Positions 12,856 through 26,602 of a stretch of 64,000 bases of DNA are shown piece after piece; the first letter of the stretch is position 1; each line of letters begins with the position of its first letter. Both the position numbers and the translations under genes were made by a program. The notes below the pieces were generated by a model. That model saw nothing but the letters and a program-made list of their open reading frames with translations. It searched no databases and was not told where the DNA came from. Where the stretch lies: assembly GCA_028534125.1 (NCBI GenBank), contig CM052816.1, forward strand, positions 16,308,001 to 16,372,000, written 5' to 3'. The stretch comes from Lama glama (Eukaryota).

Positions 12856-13937
12856 TAGACCAAATTTGTTTTCCTCTGCGCTGTGCAAATATTGCATTTG
12901 AATACTGGGGAGTGAGTGTCACAGGGGTATTTCTCTTTATCCCTCAGTCCAAGTGCTACAGTTATGATTATGACAGCTCTACAGAGTGTAAAGACTGAAG
13001 CTTCTGAGCAGTCTGAGGCATGGCTGAGAACTCAGAGAAGGTGAAGTAGTGTTTGATGGAAGTTTGTTCTTGGAGAGTTTGCCTCACTGCCTCCTCCCTC
13101 TACTGGTGTTACTGTGCCCATCATTATCCTGAGGACATACATGTTGAACATAGCTCTATGCTGTCATGGGAATCTAGTGTATGACATGGGAAAATCTCTC
13201 TATAGGACCACTGGAATCAGTCTTTTTCTGTATTATCATTATGACTTTAGTAAAAATGTTGGAAAAATTGGATTTGGAGAAGTGACCCCAAATCTCCAAA
13301 CTTCAGTGAATCTTCTCAACCTTTCAAAGTTGTGTCTCTATTTCTTCACACTTGTGCCCGCTTTTAAAGGGTTCTCTGGCTGCCTCATTGCCAAATCCAG
13401 TGGCTTTTCTCATCCTCATTCTCACTGATCTCTTGACACTGTTGCCCACAACTTGATAGTCTCAGGATTCTCTCCTCTCTTGACCTGTGTAATTCTATAC
13501 TATTCTTAATGCTCTTTATCTGATTCCCTAGCTAGCTCCTCTTTGTTGTCCTAACTTCTAGCCATGGCTTAAACTCTTCTTGGCCCATTGTTCCTTTGTC
13601 TTTAAGGTTTCTCCTTAATACAAGGACTTGACTGTTGCTTTTGTTGTCATCTCTGGGTAAGAGCACGAACATTCTTGCCCTGCCCTAGTCCTCTCTACTT
13701 CTTTGTCTTGAACAGGCATGAAATTGCAAGAGCCTTCCTGAGTCCACTGACAAGCCCATGCCTACAGGCATTGAACTCTGGTTATTCTGTGTGTAAATAT
13801 TGAGTGCCTACTGTGTCTTCTGAATCTCCAGCAGTCTAAATGAAGATTGAGTCTTAAGCCTTTTTCCAGCCTTCGGATTCTTTGAAGGCTGTGGCTGAGG
13901 AGGATAGTTCTGGAGAGGTCCAGACTGGGTTCCCTTT

Positions 13938-14235
13938 AAAAAAATTTTTTTTTTCCTTGAAGTATAGTTGATTTACAATGTAGTGTCTCAGGTGTACAGT
14001 AGAGTGATTCAGGTATGTGTGTGTGTGTGTGCGCGTGTGTGTGTGTAATCTTTTTCAGATTCTTTTCCATTATAGGTTATTATAAGATATTGAATATAGT
14101 TCCCTGTGCTACACAGTAGCTTCTTTTTATATATCTTATGTATAGTAGCGTATATATCCCAAACTCCTGATTTGTCTCTACCCACTGCCTCCATTCCTCT
14201 TTGGTAACCATAAGATTATTTTCTATATATGTTAA
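13938..14235 (-). mobile_element. Short cetartiodactyl-type L1 3' UTR insertion with an internal (TG)n
   Basis: ttgaagtatagttgatttacaatg...ataggttattataagatattgaatatagttccctgtgcta; 16-bp TSD agactggg(t/c)tcccttt at 13922-13937 and 14236-14251. Confidence 0.88.
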
Positions 14236-15579
14236 AGACTGGGCTCCCTTTTATCCAGTCACTCTACTTGTCACTGGATTTCTTTTAGATGGAGCCACTA
14301 TCTTTTGTCTCTGGGATTGCAGTTTTGTTAATATACTTACTACCTTCTTGAAGATCTGTTTTCTTTACTGGGATAGAGAGAAGATTGGTCATTTTGAAGT
14401 ACAGGATATTGAGAAGGGGTCAGCAGGGCCCCCTTCCTATTTCATTCCACCTATGTTGCCCTCCTTCCAGAGCTCCAGTTCCAGCTGGGCCCTTGGAGCC
14501 CTTCTTGGCTCCATGGCTCTCTGGCAGGGCCAGCACCTGTCTCTGGGCTGCCACTGGAAAGGCCTCATTTGGGCTCTTCCTTGAAGGCTGTACAAGCTGA
14601 TTTTGGCTCTGTAGCTCTCTGGTCAGGCAGAGGCTTGTGTCTGTTGTGAACTTTGTATCCTCCAATAGCCTCCTCTAATCACTTTTCCTTTTAGGGAGCC
14701 TGTTGAGAGCATTCCCTATTTGCTTGGCCCTAGGCATGACTTCAGTATTTGGGACATATACTGTCCCCATTACACAAATGGTCAGTGGCTTAAGGATGTT
14801 CCAAGTCCAGCCTCAGCCAGTTAGGGGTTAGACAGATTAGAAGCCACATTTCTTTTGCTGTTCAAAGCCTCTTTTCATTTAATTGCTGTCTACCTCCTGA
14901 CTTTCTGTTTAATTTATGTCTTTTCCTGACTACTCCAAACTTACTTTTCTTGTCCTTCAAATTATTCTTTAAAAATCCATTTCTCTTCCTAATCCTTTGC
15001 ACATTGTTCTCCCGTGTCAGGGCTGTCCTTTCAGTGTCCTTTTTGCATTGTTTCTTCAGCTTCATATTTGTCTGCTCAAATTAGGCAGTGAGCTTCTGTT
15101 TGTGTAGAGGTGAGTGACGTGTGTATGTGTTTGTGTGTGTATATCAGTTTGTGTAGCCCATAAATAGTATGAATTTGTGTTTGTGGGAAGAGCTCATTCT
15201 TTAACCTTCAATTTGTAAAGCAGAAGATTGTTTTACAGCTGTTCTCCGTGATGGTGGCCTGGCTCTCTGGACACTAATGTGCTAGGAAAAGCACTGAATG
15301 GGCTGGGTCTGCCTCAGGCTCAGCAGAAAACTGTCTGGGGTCTCTCCATTTTCAGCTGTGGGGGATCCTTCTCTCACATCTATTTCCTTCACCTCCTGAG
15401 AGTAGATACCCAACAAAAGGCTGTGGTCCTAAAATTTGAGATGTCGGATTAGCTTCAGGGTATATAGATCCTGCAGGAGGCAGGAGCTTTGGAGATTGGT
15501 TCTAGGGTGCTGGCCTGGCTCTGAATGCCTGTTGGTCTAGGGTCAAGTCTTCATCTCTGCTGTAATGATGGTGTGATAA

Positions 15580-15810
15580 CTAGCTGCCAAGTGCTTGTAC
15601 CTGGCACTTTCCTCACTTTTTTTCCCCTCCACATATTGTTTTATTTAATTCTCCCCAACAATCTGAGGTAGAAACTCTTAGTATGCCCATTTTATAGATG
15701 AAGGAACTGAGGAATAGTGAAGTATTGTGTCCAAGATCACATAGCTAGGAATCGGCAGATCCAAGACTTGGCCTTAGATCTGTTTGACTCTAAATCCGTG
15801 TACTACACGT
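15580..15810 (-). mobile_element. MIR
   Basis: cccattttatagatgaaggaactgagg...ccaagatcacatagcta. Confidence 0.8.
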
Positions 15811-17383
15811 TCAACCTAATGTTTTTAATTTCTTTGCTCCAGTTTCCTTCTTATAAGATGGAAGTAGAAAATCTTGCCCTTTCACTTTTTCTGGAAGATT
15901 TGGGGAAATAAATACTTAGACATAACACTGTAGGTTAAGAACATGAACATTTTATAAGATGGAGTTCCAAGTGTACCTAGGCAGGCTGCTGAGGTGGTTC
16001 TACCTGCCCAGGACACTTGTGACCTTTACCTGTTCTCCCAGTGCTATGGCCCTGAGACTGGAGAGCAGCCACTGTCCATGGGGCCTGCCAGCTATGTCAG
16101 AAGCTTCTGGAGATCCAGCAGTCCTACCCCTCCTTCCTCTGTTGGCTTCCTGCCATCTCCATGCTGTCCTTTTGTTTTCCTGTCTTGAGAGAAGGTAAAA
16201 GTTACAGAAAGAGGTCTTGCTTATAGGACCCAGCCCCTCCTCCAGTCCATCTGAATTGAGAGAAGGATATGAGGCACCAGGGAGGCCTAGCTAGCAAGTC
16301 CAAGGGCCTCCTCCCACCTCAGGCATCTGCTCTGGGTTGAAGTAAGCTGGCAATACAGATTGCTGAGAACATCCAACCTATAAGTAGAAGTACAGGCTAC
16401 AAATGGCCAGTTTTGATAGAAAAATGGGCATCTCAAGTACCTTTTTACCTCTTTTGTCCCAAAGCCCAAGGATACTTTTAAGGACAGAGTTATGGTGGAA
16501 CACTGAAATATATTTCCCTTTCCTGGACTGAGTGGTGGTGTTGTAAGTCAGAAGAAGGCCAAAAATGTAAAGATGTTGTCTGTCCTCCATTGAAACCAAG
16601 GGTGATGGGGAAGTTTGTTATGCAGGGTGTCCACAGGTAGGTGATCAGATGAGTCAGGGTTAGTGGTTGGCAAGTAGTTTGAGGAGGACACTAACGTCAG
16701 GCCAGCTGTGCCAAACTGTACCTCAGTGGGATGCCATGACTTTGACTTTACTTTTGTCAGGGTCTGAGGTTTTCTTTTGCTGCTGCTGCTGCCTAGGTCC
16801 TTTCTTGTGATGGTAAGCCATCCTGGCAGAACAAAGCTGTGTGCCACTTTCCCTTTCCCTCTTTCCTCCTCTCCCCCTGCTTCAGCATAAAGCCCAGGGA
16901 AAACTTGCTTGCTCACTTTCCACCTGCCACTTCTTGAATGAGGGTAAGGCCCAAGTGACAGTTGCTGGCCAGGCCTTAAGAGGACAGAAGACACCATTAC
17001 CCATGCCTGTGTCCTGCAGTGTATGCAGTTGATCTCTGGATGCCTTGTAAACCCTGGGAAACTGTCTCACACCTTTCTCCCAGCCTCGCTTCTCCTAAGC
17101 CTTTCCCCAGGCACCCCTCCTATCGCCCCCACCACCCCAACCACATTCTCTTTCTCTATGTTTCATGGAAGAATATGTGGCGTCAATGAATAGGTCAGAT
17201 GTGCAGTCCATGTGGAATTATTGCAGGGAGATGAAGGATCTATTTGCGAATCAATCTCTCATCCTTAGTATTGGCAGAAAATGCTCTGAGGGTATTAGTG
17301 TGTGTGCAGGAGATCGAGGCAGCTGAGAACCCTGTGGGAGCTGCTGTTTCTCTTGTACACCCCTACCCTGCCTTCCTTCCACT

Positions 17384-17883
17384 NNNNNNNNNNNNNNNNN
17401 NNNNNNNNNNNNNNNNNNNNNNNNNNNNNNNNNNNNNNNNNNNNNNNNNNNNNNNNNNNNNNNNNNNNNNNNNNNNNNNNNNNNNNNNNNNNNNNNNNNN
17501 NNNNNNNNNNNNNNNNNNNNNNNNNNNNNNNNNNNNNNNNNNNNNNNNNNNNNNNNNNNNNNNNNNNNNNNNNNNNNNNNNNNNNNNNNNNNNNNNNNNN
17601 NNNNNNNNNNNNNNNNNNNNNNNNNNNNNNNNNNNNNNNNNNNNNNNNNNNNNNNNNNNNNNNNNNNNNNNNNNNNNNNNNNNNNNNNNNNNNNNNNNNN
17701 NNNNNNNNNNNNNNNNNNNNNNNNNNNNNNNNNNNNNNNNNNNNNNNNNNNNNNNNNNNNNNNNNNNNNNNNNNNNNNNNNNNNNNNNNNNNNNNNNNNN
17801 NNNNNNNNNNNNNNNNNNNNNNNNNNNNNNNNNNNNNNNNNNNNNNNNNNNNNNNNNNNNNNNNNNNNNNNNNNNNNNNNNNN
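17384..17883. other. Assembly gap, 500 N
   Basis: Run of N. Confidence 0.99.
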
Positions 17884-17955
17884 AAGATGGAACCTGATAC
17901 CCACAATTCTCCCATCCCTAGGACTCTTGCTCAAGGTAAGGGAGGAATTGTAATA

Positions 17956-18134
17956 CAATGGTTTTCAAAGTGTGGTCTCTGGACCAGAATCACCTGGAAC
18001 TAGTGTGAAGTAAAAATTCTCAAGGCCCCAGCCAAGACTTACTTAATCAGAAACTTTAGGGAAGGGGCCTGGCAATCTGTATTTTAACAAGCCTTCCAGG
18101 TGCTTCTGACACATGCTTAAGTTTGAGAGCTATT
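17956..18134. mobile_element. MER5A-like hAT-Charlie MITE
   Basis: caatggttttcaaagtgtggtc...aatcagaaactttaggg..ggcaatctgtattttaacaagccttccaggtg..aagtttgagagc. Confidence 0.85.
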
Positions 18135-21100
18135 AGGCTAGAGTGTCCCCGGACAGATGACAGGCTAGGCCTTCTCTAGCCCTGGCCCGGAAAGGCCTGC
18201 TGCAGGGGCCTGAGACACAGCCCAGCTTTTCCAAGAAGACCCAGGCTCCAGGGGCCACTGCTAAGAAGATGAAAAGCTCCCAATAAAACCCAGACCTACA
18301 TGGCCACACTGATCAAAATGCAATAAAGAAGAAAAGTGAGAAATCTGACAAAAGGAAAATGCAGCTTCGGTGGGGGACAAAATACAACAATCTTCTGTGG
18401 GAGATGAGAAGCATAAAAGGGATGTTAGATGTTCAAAGAACCAAATGTTGAAATGACAAAAAATACAAGAATAAAGACAAAGTGTGGACATCAATGCCAC
18501 GTGGGCCTCAGTCTAATGATGGCAGTGGCAGGCAAAATCAGTCCCCCTCATCCCGTCCAAGACTAAAGCCTGCTCTCCCCCACCCCTAACACGACAGCCT
18601 ATATAAATAGAGTCTTGACGAAAAAATACCAGCAATTAGTCACTGAATCCTGTTTGTTGGAATGAGTAAAGCTTGTAAAAAGTCACCAGAGGCTCTGGTG
18701 AGAAAAGCTTGACTAAGGAGGCCATGCAGACTGAGGGCGGGAGCAAGATCATTAAGGCAGAAGGCCTGTGGGGTGCTCCTGGCAGTCTTTGATGCCTGCC
18801 AAGTCTTAACCTGGAAGGGAAATGGAGGGCTCAGCCACAGGGCTATAATGAGCTCCGATGTGGGCCCACATCCAAGTCAGGAGGCCTTTAATGTGGGCTT
18901 GGGCCGGAGGCAGGGTGGGGGTATGGAGTGGTTGATGGAGGAAGACAGAAAGGAAGAGTCCAGTGTAGCAGGCCCAGCCCTGGGCTATGGGTGCCTTGGA
19001 GGATGAGGCAGCAGAACACAGAGCCTCTGACCAAAGTGCCTCCATACAGAAAGCCTATTTGGCCATGCGTAGGTCATCCCTCAGGCCCTGAGGGTATGTG
19101 TTTTGCAATCGGAAAAGCAGCCTCAGTGCTTCCATCCCTGAAAGGAATGCTGAAAATGACCCTGTGTAAGGACCAAAAATAGACCTACCTCCATGATGCA
19201 TCTCTCAACTCAAATGTGTAGTGCTCTCTACTGCCTCTCTGCCTGGTGTCCTCCCCACAACTCTCCTTATCCCTGCCCCCAACTTCATCAAGCTAGTTCG
19301 TACTCCTACAGATCTCTCTCCAACAATTTCCTCAGAGAAACCTTTGCTGATCACCTGACTCACATAAGGCCCCTGTTACACATTCCTGTGGACCCCATTT
19401 TCCTTCATTACACCCAACACCTGGTCAAAGTCTGTTTCCCCTACTAAACTGTCACCCTCCCTTGAGGACATGGACTGTGCCTTGATGTCTGCTCACCTGT
19501 AATCTCACTCTCCTAGATGGTCTAGCCCAAGGCCCAGTACTTAGTTAGCAGGATGAGGCTGGCTTGGTGTCACTTCCCTGCTTGGACACTGAGGCTTAGA
19601 CTGCCCAGCCCCACAAACAGGTGTGTGGATGGGCTGGGCACACAACTGCCCTCCCTTTCTGAGTACCTTATCCAAGAGCTCACACAGGGCAGACCCCAGC
19701 CAATATTCTAAATTTTACCTTCTCTTCCCTCTGTCCTCTAGTTTGATTTCCTTAACCAACTCCCTGTGTGTCCCCATCATCAAAGATCCCCATCTGCCTG
19801 AGAATAGGGATACATCAGAGGTGTTCAATGACCTCTGGGGTACCCTTCTGGGAGTATCTGTATTTGCCCAAAGAGAAGTAGCAGATGTATTTAAAAAAAA
19901 ACCAAGAAATTCATTTCCAACAGTATTAACAGAATTTTAGGCAGCAGCAGGAAGAAAATAAGATTTGGGGGCCAGGATCTTCTACATGGTTCCTGAAATC
20001 ATCCTCCAGTAGGAAACTTTCACCTCTACTGTGTCTAAGATCAGCTCTGACTCAATCCTGATCTTAGGCACTGAGTGCCAGTCATGGCGGGGCCATCACA
20101 GACATGTCTGCAGGTAGCTAATGTCATTTTCTTTCAGCCTGACCTCACCTGGCTGCCCTCCTTGACAAAAGGCCTTGACCAGAAAACCTAGGCTACAATT
20201 TCTGTTTCCTTTTCTGGTACTCTGATACCAATCCAACTTTCCAGACCAATGTCAGGTCAGCACGGCATCAGAGGTGCTCCTTGGCTACTCTCCTCCTTCT
20301 GCAATACTCTAAGCACCACAAACCTCTCTGCTCCATCTGAGAGCCACTCACAGTCAGCTCTGCCTGGGGACCCTAATAGACTGACGTGCTGAGGATCCAT
20401 TGAGGATGTGGCACAGAGCCACCTAGAGGAGCACAAACACTGGAAGAGGGCAAGGTCAAGTTAACAAATATCATACAATGAGAGAGAACTGCATGAACCG
20501 CAGTGGCATAATGTAGCATAACAGATGGATAATTAGATTTATTCTAAGAGCTATAAAAGTAAGTAATTAAATAAAAATATGGAACAATGAATCTGCCACA
20601 GAGAGACACCTAACAGCCTCATGAGGGCCCTGCAGCTGGCACAAGCAGCTTGGGAAAGAAGCAGTGGGCAAGGAACCTCTAACACTGCCCCAATGTTCTA
20701 GGGACAATAAATTCAGCACCAGCTCAAGCTGGGCACCAGGGGACAGCCTGATTTCAGAGGGAGATAATCAGACCTGTGGCCACAAATAGCATTGTGCCAT
20801 GGGAGTATGGTCCCATGTCTACATATGGAAGATGGGAGCCTGAGGTAGACTGATCCACTCCCCATCAATGGCATGTTTGGCAAGGCCCCTGCAAAGCAAG
20901 ATTTACAGATTTTATTTATCTCTGCAGAAGCAGAGGGAGGAGACAAAAAATGCATGCACAAATGACAATATTAACTGACACCAAGAAGGCTGGCACAGGT
21001 CTCCATCCTCCTCCCTCCCAGAGGTTGGCAGCAGGTGGTGAGGGTGCTGTTACCCATGTAAGAAACATGAAGTGAGCACCCAGTGTGTGTGAAGTACGAC

Positions 21101-21187
21101 GTTTTGCACAGTGTTTCACCAATGAAGTAGCTTCCCTGGACATGATATTAGGTATTTGGAAGCAAACAGCTCAGCTGGAAGCTATTT

Positions 21188-21760
21188 CCTATTACTCAGG
21201 ACTCTTTTTGAGGGACCAAAACTGAATTCAAACTCATCTAAGGGAAGAAGTAAGTTTGCTGGATCTAATCATGAAGAATGACAACTAAAGTAAAAGTACA
21301 CACAACTGTCCAGAGTCTCAAACAATGTGTCTGGACCTTCCTCTTCCTGCCCACTCCCTGCCACCCACTCAGGCTGCATTTTTAGGCTTTGCTTCCCTCT
21401 CTAGATGAAGCTGCTTTCTCCAGGCAGGGATGAGTCTAATGGACACTGGTAGCCCCTAAACACATCAATTCCAGCATAAAGAGTTCGCCCTCTCAAATGG
21501 TACAGAATTCTGCGGCAGAACTTTGATTGGCCCTGCCTGTGCCACGAGCCAACCCCTGGACCAATCACTATACAGATGGAAGAGGCACTATGAATGGCTA
21601 GTCTCAGTCATATGAACAGCCCTAACTGGAAAGGGAAGAGGTGGGGCACAAAGATTAAAAGCCTTACCTGACCACATCTTTCTGATAAAGAGATTCCCAA
21701 AGGAAGAAAGTATTTGCCAAAGGAAGAAGACAGAAAAACGTGTTGAGAGGCCAAAACAAC
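21188..21760 (-). mobile_element. MLT1 (J/K-like) MaLR LTR, degraded
   Basis: gaactttgattggccctgcctgtgccacgagccaacccctggaccaatcact motif and an MLT1-type terminus. Confidence 0.65.
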
Positions 21761-22069
21761 AAAAATCAGAGGACTTCATAGCTCACCACACTTCAAACTA
21801 TGATACTGGATAATAATTTGCTCTTTGGGGCTAGATTGGGAGTCAGGCCAGGTATGTAACAGTGTGGCTGGGGCTCTCTTTGCAGAGATCCAGTTTGACC
21901 CTACCGACTTTGACTGCTCCAAAGGCTCTGGTGCTTGTCCCTTTAACAGCAGCTCATCCTTGGAGACCTGTCCTCATGGACCAAGGACAGGACCATGAGG
22001 ACACCAAGCAGCTTCATACTTAGGAAACTCACACCGTACTAAAGCATAAAGCTCACAGGCAGCCAGCTC

Positions 22070-22756
22070 TGAAATGGAGCAGGACCCAGTGGGGGCCTTC
22101 CTAGGGCAGACCCTTCCATGTCCTTGGCCTGTCCTTTGTAGAAAAACTTTAGCCACAGAATACATTTAGTCAGAAGTGAGAAAATGCAGAAGCAAAGGAA
22201 AACAATCAAACAAAACCAAATAATAATAGTTGAATCATTAAACAAAGTCAAGGACCTTTAGCTCTTCCACACGGGCTACAGATAATATTCTGAGCCACCT
22301 CCTATGAGCTGTTTTGTAGATACTGAAACCCCGACCAGGTGGAAGAAGGTAACTACATGATGACCAGACTGTAGCCATGATGTAAGCTGCCACAACTCTG
22401 AGAACTGGCTTCAAGGAAATGGGAACAAAACAACCCTGGAAGTGAAGATTAATTGTACTTAAAAAACGATCAAGACTATGCTAATCAGACCACCACATGA
22501 CTAACTTCAAGCTGATTGCTGGAGCTGACTGTGCTGTTCTGCAAACAACTGCCTCCCTCTGCCAATACACCCCTGAAACTCCCCTTTAAAAGCTCTTGCC
22601 CACTGATTAACAGTGGGGAGTTGGCCTGTGGACAAAAGTTTGCCTTCTCCCCTGGTTGCCAGTCTCTAGAATAAATCAAACTTTCCTTTCTACCAACGCT
22701 TGCCTCTCAAGTACTGGCTTTTGAGTGGTGAATAGCCGAACTTGAGTTCGGTAACA
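22070..22756 (+). mobile_element. ERV1-class solo LTR
   Basis: TG...CA termini (tgaaatggagcaggaccc ... gttcggtaaca), TATA-like cctttaaaag at about 22585, AATAAA at 22670-22675. No convincing TSD. Confidence 0.75.
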
Positions 22757-25399
22757 ATTCCTTGGAGATTTTCTGCACCCACTAACTTGAATCTCTTTCC
22801 CAGAGCACCAACCACAGAGAATAAACCCCCCTAATCTGGAAACCTCAGCTCAGCACCTTTGATAAGGAGCCAAGGATAGGGATAAGGTTCAGTCCAGAAC
22901 CATTCCCCTTCATTTCAATGGTTCCACACGGTAGCTCTCTATTCCAAGATACTCCTACCGCTTATAGAGGGGAAGCAGATATTTTAGGTGCAGAAATAGA
23001 AAACCCACCGCATCCTCTCTGCCACAAAAACTACCACTTACTCAGTACCTAGCACAAAGGGCTCAAAATGGGGCTCTCCCCCTAATCTGGCTTGAAGGAA
23101 TAGAGCCCTCGACCTTCCTCATCTCCAGTGCCCACTGCACACTCTAACTCCTTCCTCAGGCCCCAAACAACAGCCTGACTCATCTAATTATCAAAGCTAA
23201 TTATTCCCTTCTCAAGGGACTTTGGGAACTCACACATTCTTCAGGCCACACATATCATACCCTTCCTTCAATGCCCAGAAAGAGTTCTGTCAGGGTCCCT
23301 AGGCAGAGCTGAGACATATTCAGGAGGCGTCTTTGTTCTAAGGGCTGCTGAGGACAGGAGATCACAGGGACCCTGAACAGCCAGACCCAGAAAAGGCATC
23401 TTTAGGCTTCAGCTGCCAAGTTCTACATATTCTTAAGTGATTCTAACAACTTTACCACTGACCTAGGACCTGCCCTAAGTGGCAATGCTGGCCAACATGT
23501 GGACCAAGTTCTTTCTACTACTGAAGCCTTCTCTAGAAATAGAGGAAAATGAAGCTCAGCTCCCACATGGAGCAGCTAAATACTCTGGCTATGCCAGGTA
23601 CTCTGGGGCCATGTTTGAAGGTCTGGTCCAATGCAGCCACGCTGGGCCCAGATGTAAGAACCTCCAGCCAGGCTGAAAAGCAGCTTGCCCACAGATGGGC
23701 CCTCTGGCCCAGAGCTCTTTGAGCTGGCTCTGCTCCTGCTCCACACACACAATTTATTGCCACTGTTCAGAGCCCCAGAGACAAGAAAGCGCCTGCCTCC
23801 ACTTTGCCCCTGCCGCTACCAAGCACATGCTAGAACCAATCACCAGCTAAAACCTGGAGTGAGCCTCAGTAACTATGAACCCCAAACTGAGATCAAACAA
23901 CTTTTTGTGAGCTACAAACTAAATGAAAGTATTTTAACTCAGAAACAGTTTAAACAGCACCTGACCTTCCCCTCTGCTTTAAAATTATTGAAGTTGGATA
24001 AACCACATACATCAAAATAGTATCTGAATCAAGAGCTTAATCTTCCTTCCCAGAGGCAAAGAGGTGACTAGGTGGATAACTCTGGGTCCAGCAGATGCCA
24101 GGAAAATGGTTCCTGGGGTCTCAGGGAAGGAGAAGAGAGAAGGATGGTAAGAGCAGGAGGGAAGACAGCAACCACAGGGCTCAGGCACTGGTGACTGCGG
24201 GTGATAAGGGTTTGTCCCCAGTAAGGAGAACAGGACTCTAACAGAGCCCGGACCATGGTATTCATGAATTGCACTCTCAGCAGCCACCTGGCTAAAGGGA
24301 TCTGAACAAAGTTTACTGAGTCCACCTCAAAACTCAAACTAATTAAAGGTTGTGTACCATAACAGTTCAAAGGGCTGATACTGGAAAATCCAGTAGCACC
24401 TTCTCTTACATGTTTTAATTTCATTGTATCTTTTAATTAGAAAATAATATGAGCCCACGGGAAAAAAAAAACCCCTAAGTACAGGAGGTGCAGAATAGAA
24501 AAGTTCCTCTTTCTCATACCCTCATTCTTCATACCCTCAGAGGTGAAATCTGATTTTCATATTATATATTTATATGCACTATAAATGTATACATAAATCT
24601 TCACTCATTCACTTTTTATATGAATGAAACATTACTGTAAATGCTATTTTCAATGTAGAGGCCTTACTTTACAGAAAGGAAAGGCTCCTCAGGTCTCCCA
24701 ATGCCAAACAGAGCAGCAAATAGAGTGGTCAATCATATTTTAAAAGACTCCAGGATGATCTAACATTTCAGAGTGAAAGTTAAATCCAAAGAGTTCCTTA
24801 GGGGAAACATGATCCTTGGTTTCAATGGGGCCTCTCCCTCTGGCCCAGGGGAGAGAAAAGGCACCTTTGTAAACCATTCCTCCCTGGCTCTCTTGCTCTG
24901 TAGTTAGCAGCTTTGCCTCCTCTGCCTCATCCTTCACCCTCAAGCCTGTCACCATCTCTGTCCTCTCCCCTCGGGCTCTGCTCCACAGCCTCCATGCTCC
25001 TCTGAACCAACACCACTGGCAGGGCTGAGCAACTGAGAAAACAGGAGATGACCTCACGGCCTTCACATTCTAATGCCAGTTCCCAATTACTTGTACTGTT
25101 GAATAACTGAAAGAGGAGAATAATCCACTCAGCTGATTTGAAAAGCTGGGCAGGCACACAGATTATCTTAGAGTAAATTATTCACACTAGATAACTGGGA
25201 GTAGCCCAAACTTCTATTTGTAGTTCTTCACATGGAAGAACATTCAAGCTGGAAACTAAGAATTATGGAAGAGGAAAGGAGACCTTGCTCCCAGACTCAG
25301 ATTCCCTTTGTGTTGCTAGGTAAGTCAGTGCCCCTCGCTTAGTCGCCCTTAGGGTCAAAGAGTGTAATAATAATGGTGATGATGATGAGACTGATGCCA

Positions 25400-25640
25400 A
25401 TATTGTTAGTGACAGCTCTTAATGTATTTATCATTTGCCATGCACTGTGCTAGGAGCTTTATTTATATTATATGTACATTATCTCATTTAATCATCACAG
25501 TGAGTCAGTGAAGCACTACTGTCTTCTCTACTTCTCAGCTGAGGAAGCTGAGGGTTAGACAAGTTAAGGAACTTGCTCAGGATAGTGTCAAGCTGTCTAT
25601 CCAGAGCCCAGGCTCTTAACCGAGAAGCTCTTCTGCCACC
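25400..25640 (-). mobile_element. MIR
   Basis: tctcatttaatcatcacag...gaggaagctgagggttagacaagttaaggaacttgctcagg. Confidence 0.75.
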
Positions 25641-26157
25641 CAACTCTCACCTCTCCCACTTTGTAAGGGAGAGCCTTCATTACAGAATATAAGAAAAGAT
25701 AACGAATGAAAGTAGCTCTTTTAAAGTATAATTCCATCTACCGTCATCTTGAAAAGACTGGATTTCAATGTATCCCAAATGGCTCCCTGTTCTGAAAGCA
25801 AGAAGCCTGTAGGAAGAGGGTGGTCAGCTGGTTAGTTCACTTCAAGAAACCCAGAATCTAAATGCACAAGTCATTGGCAGACTTGCAAGAGAGCACATTC
25901 TTCTCTCACTCACTTCATCTATTACCATGATCAAAGACTGAAAAATAAAACCACTGTCCTCCCTGTGACATGCCACAACTTCAGCCAAGAGGCAGCTCAG
26001 CACTATGAGGACAGAGCACGGGGAGCAGTGTAGGCTCTACAAGTCACACTGAGCACTGCCCACCCTCACAGACAAGTATCTACAAAGTGCTGGGCCAGGC
26101 CCTGGATGCCCGAGATTCCCCCTCACAGTGCCTAGGAAAGGGTTCTTGGATACCAGG

Positions 26158-26602
26158 TATGGTAGCCAGTCTCCGAAAGGGCCACCAGCAATCCCTGCCT
26201 TCTGGTATTTATGCCTTTGTATAATTCCCTCCCACACTGAATCACGGCTGATCTGTGTGACTAAAAGAATACAGAGGGAGGTGATGGTGTTGACTTCTGA
26301 GGCTACATCATAAAGGGCACTGACACTTGTGGTTGCTCTCTTACGTTGTTCATTCTGAAGGGAGCCAGGGGAACATGTGAACAGAGAGGTTCACAGGGAG
26401 AGGAACTGAGGCCTCTCACCGACAGCCAGCACCAATCTGTCAGGGATGAGAGGTGGAAGCAGATCCGGCAACGCCAGTACCAGTCTTAACACTACACTTC
26501 AAAATTCCTGCCCCACAGAAACTGAGAAATAATAAATGAATAGTGTTGTTTTAACCCACTAGGTTTGGAAGCAATTTGTTAGAGAGCAATAAAAATCTAA
26601 CA
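26158..26602 (+). mobile_element. MLT1F-like MaLR solo LTR
   Basis: tatggtagccagtctcc...aattcctgccccacagaaactgagaaataataaatg...gcaatttgttagagagcaata. Confidence 0.8.
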
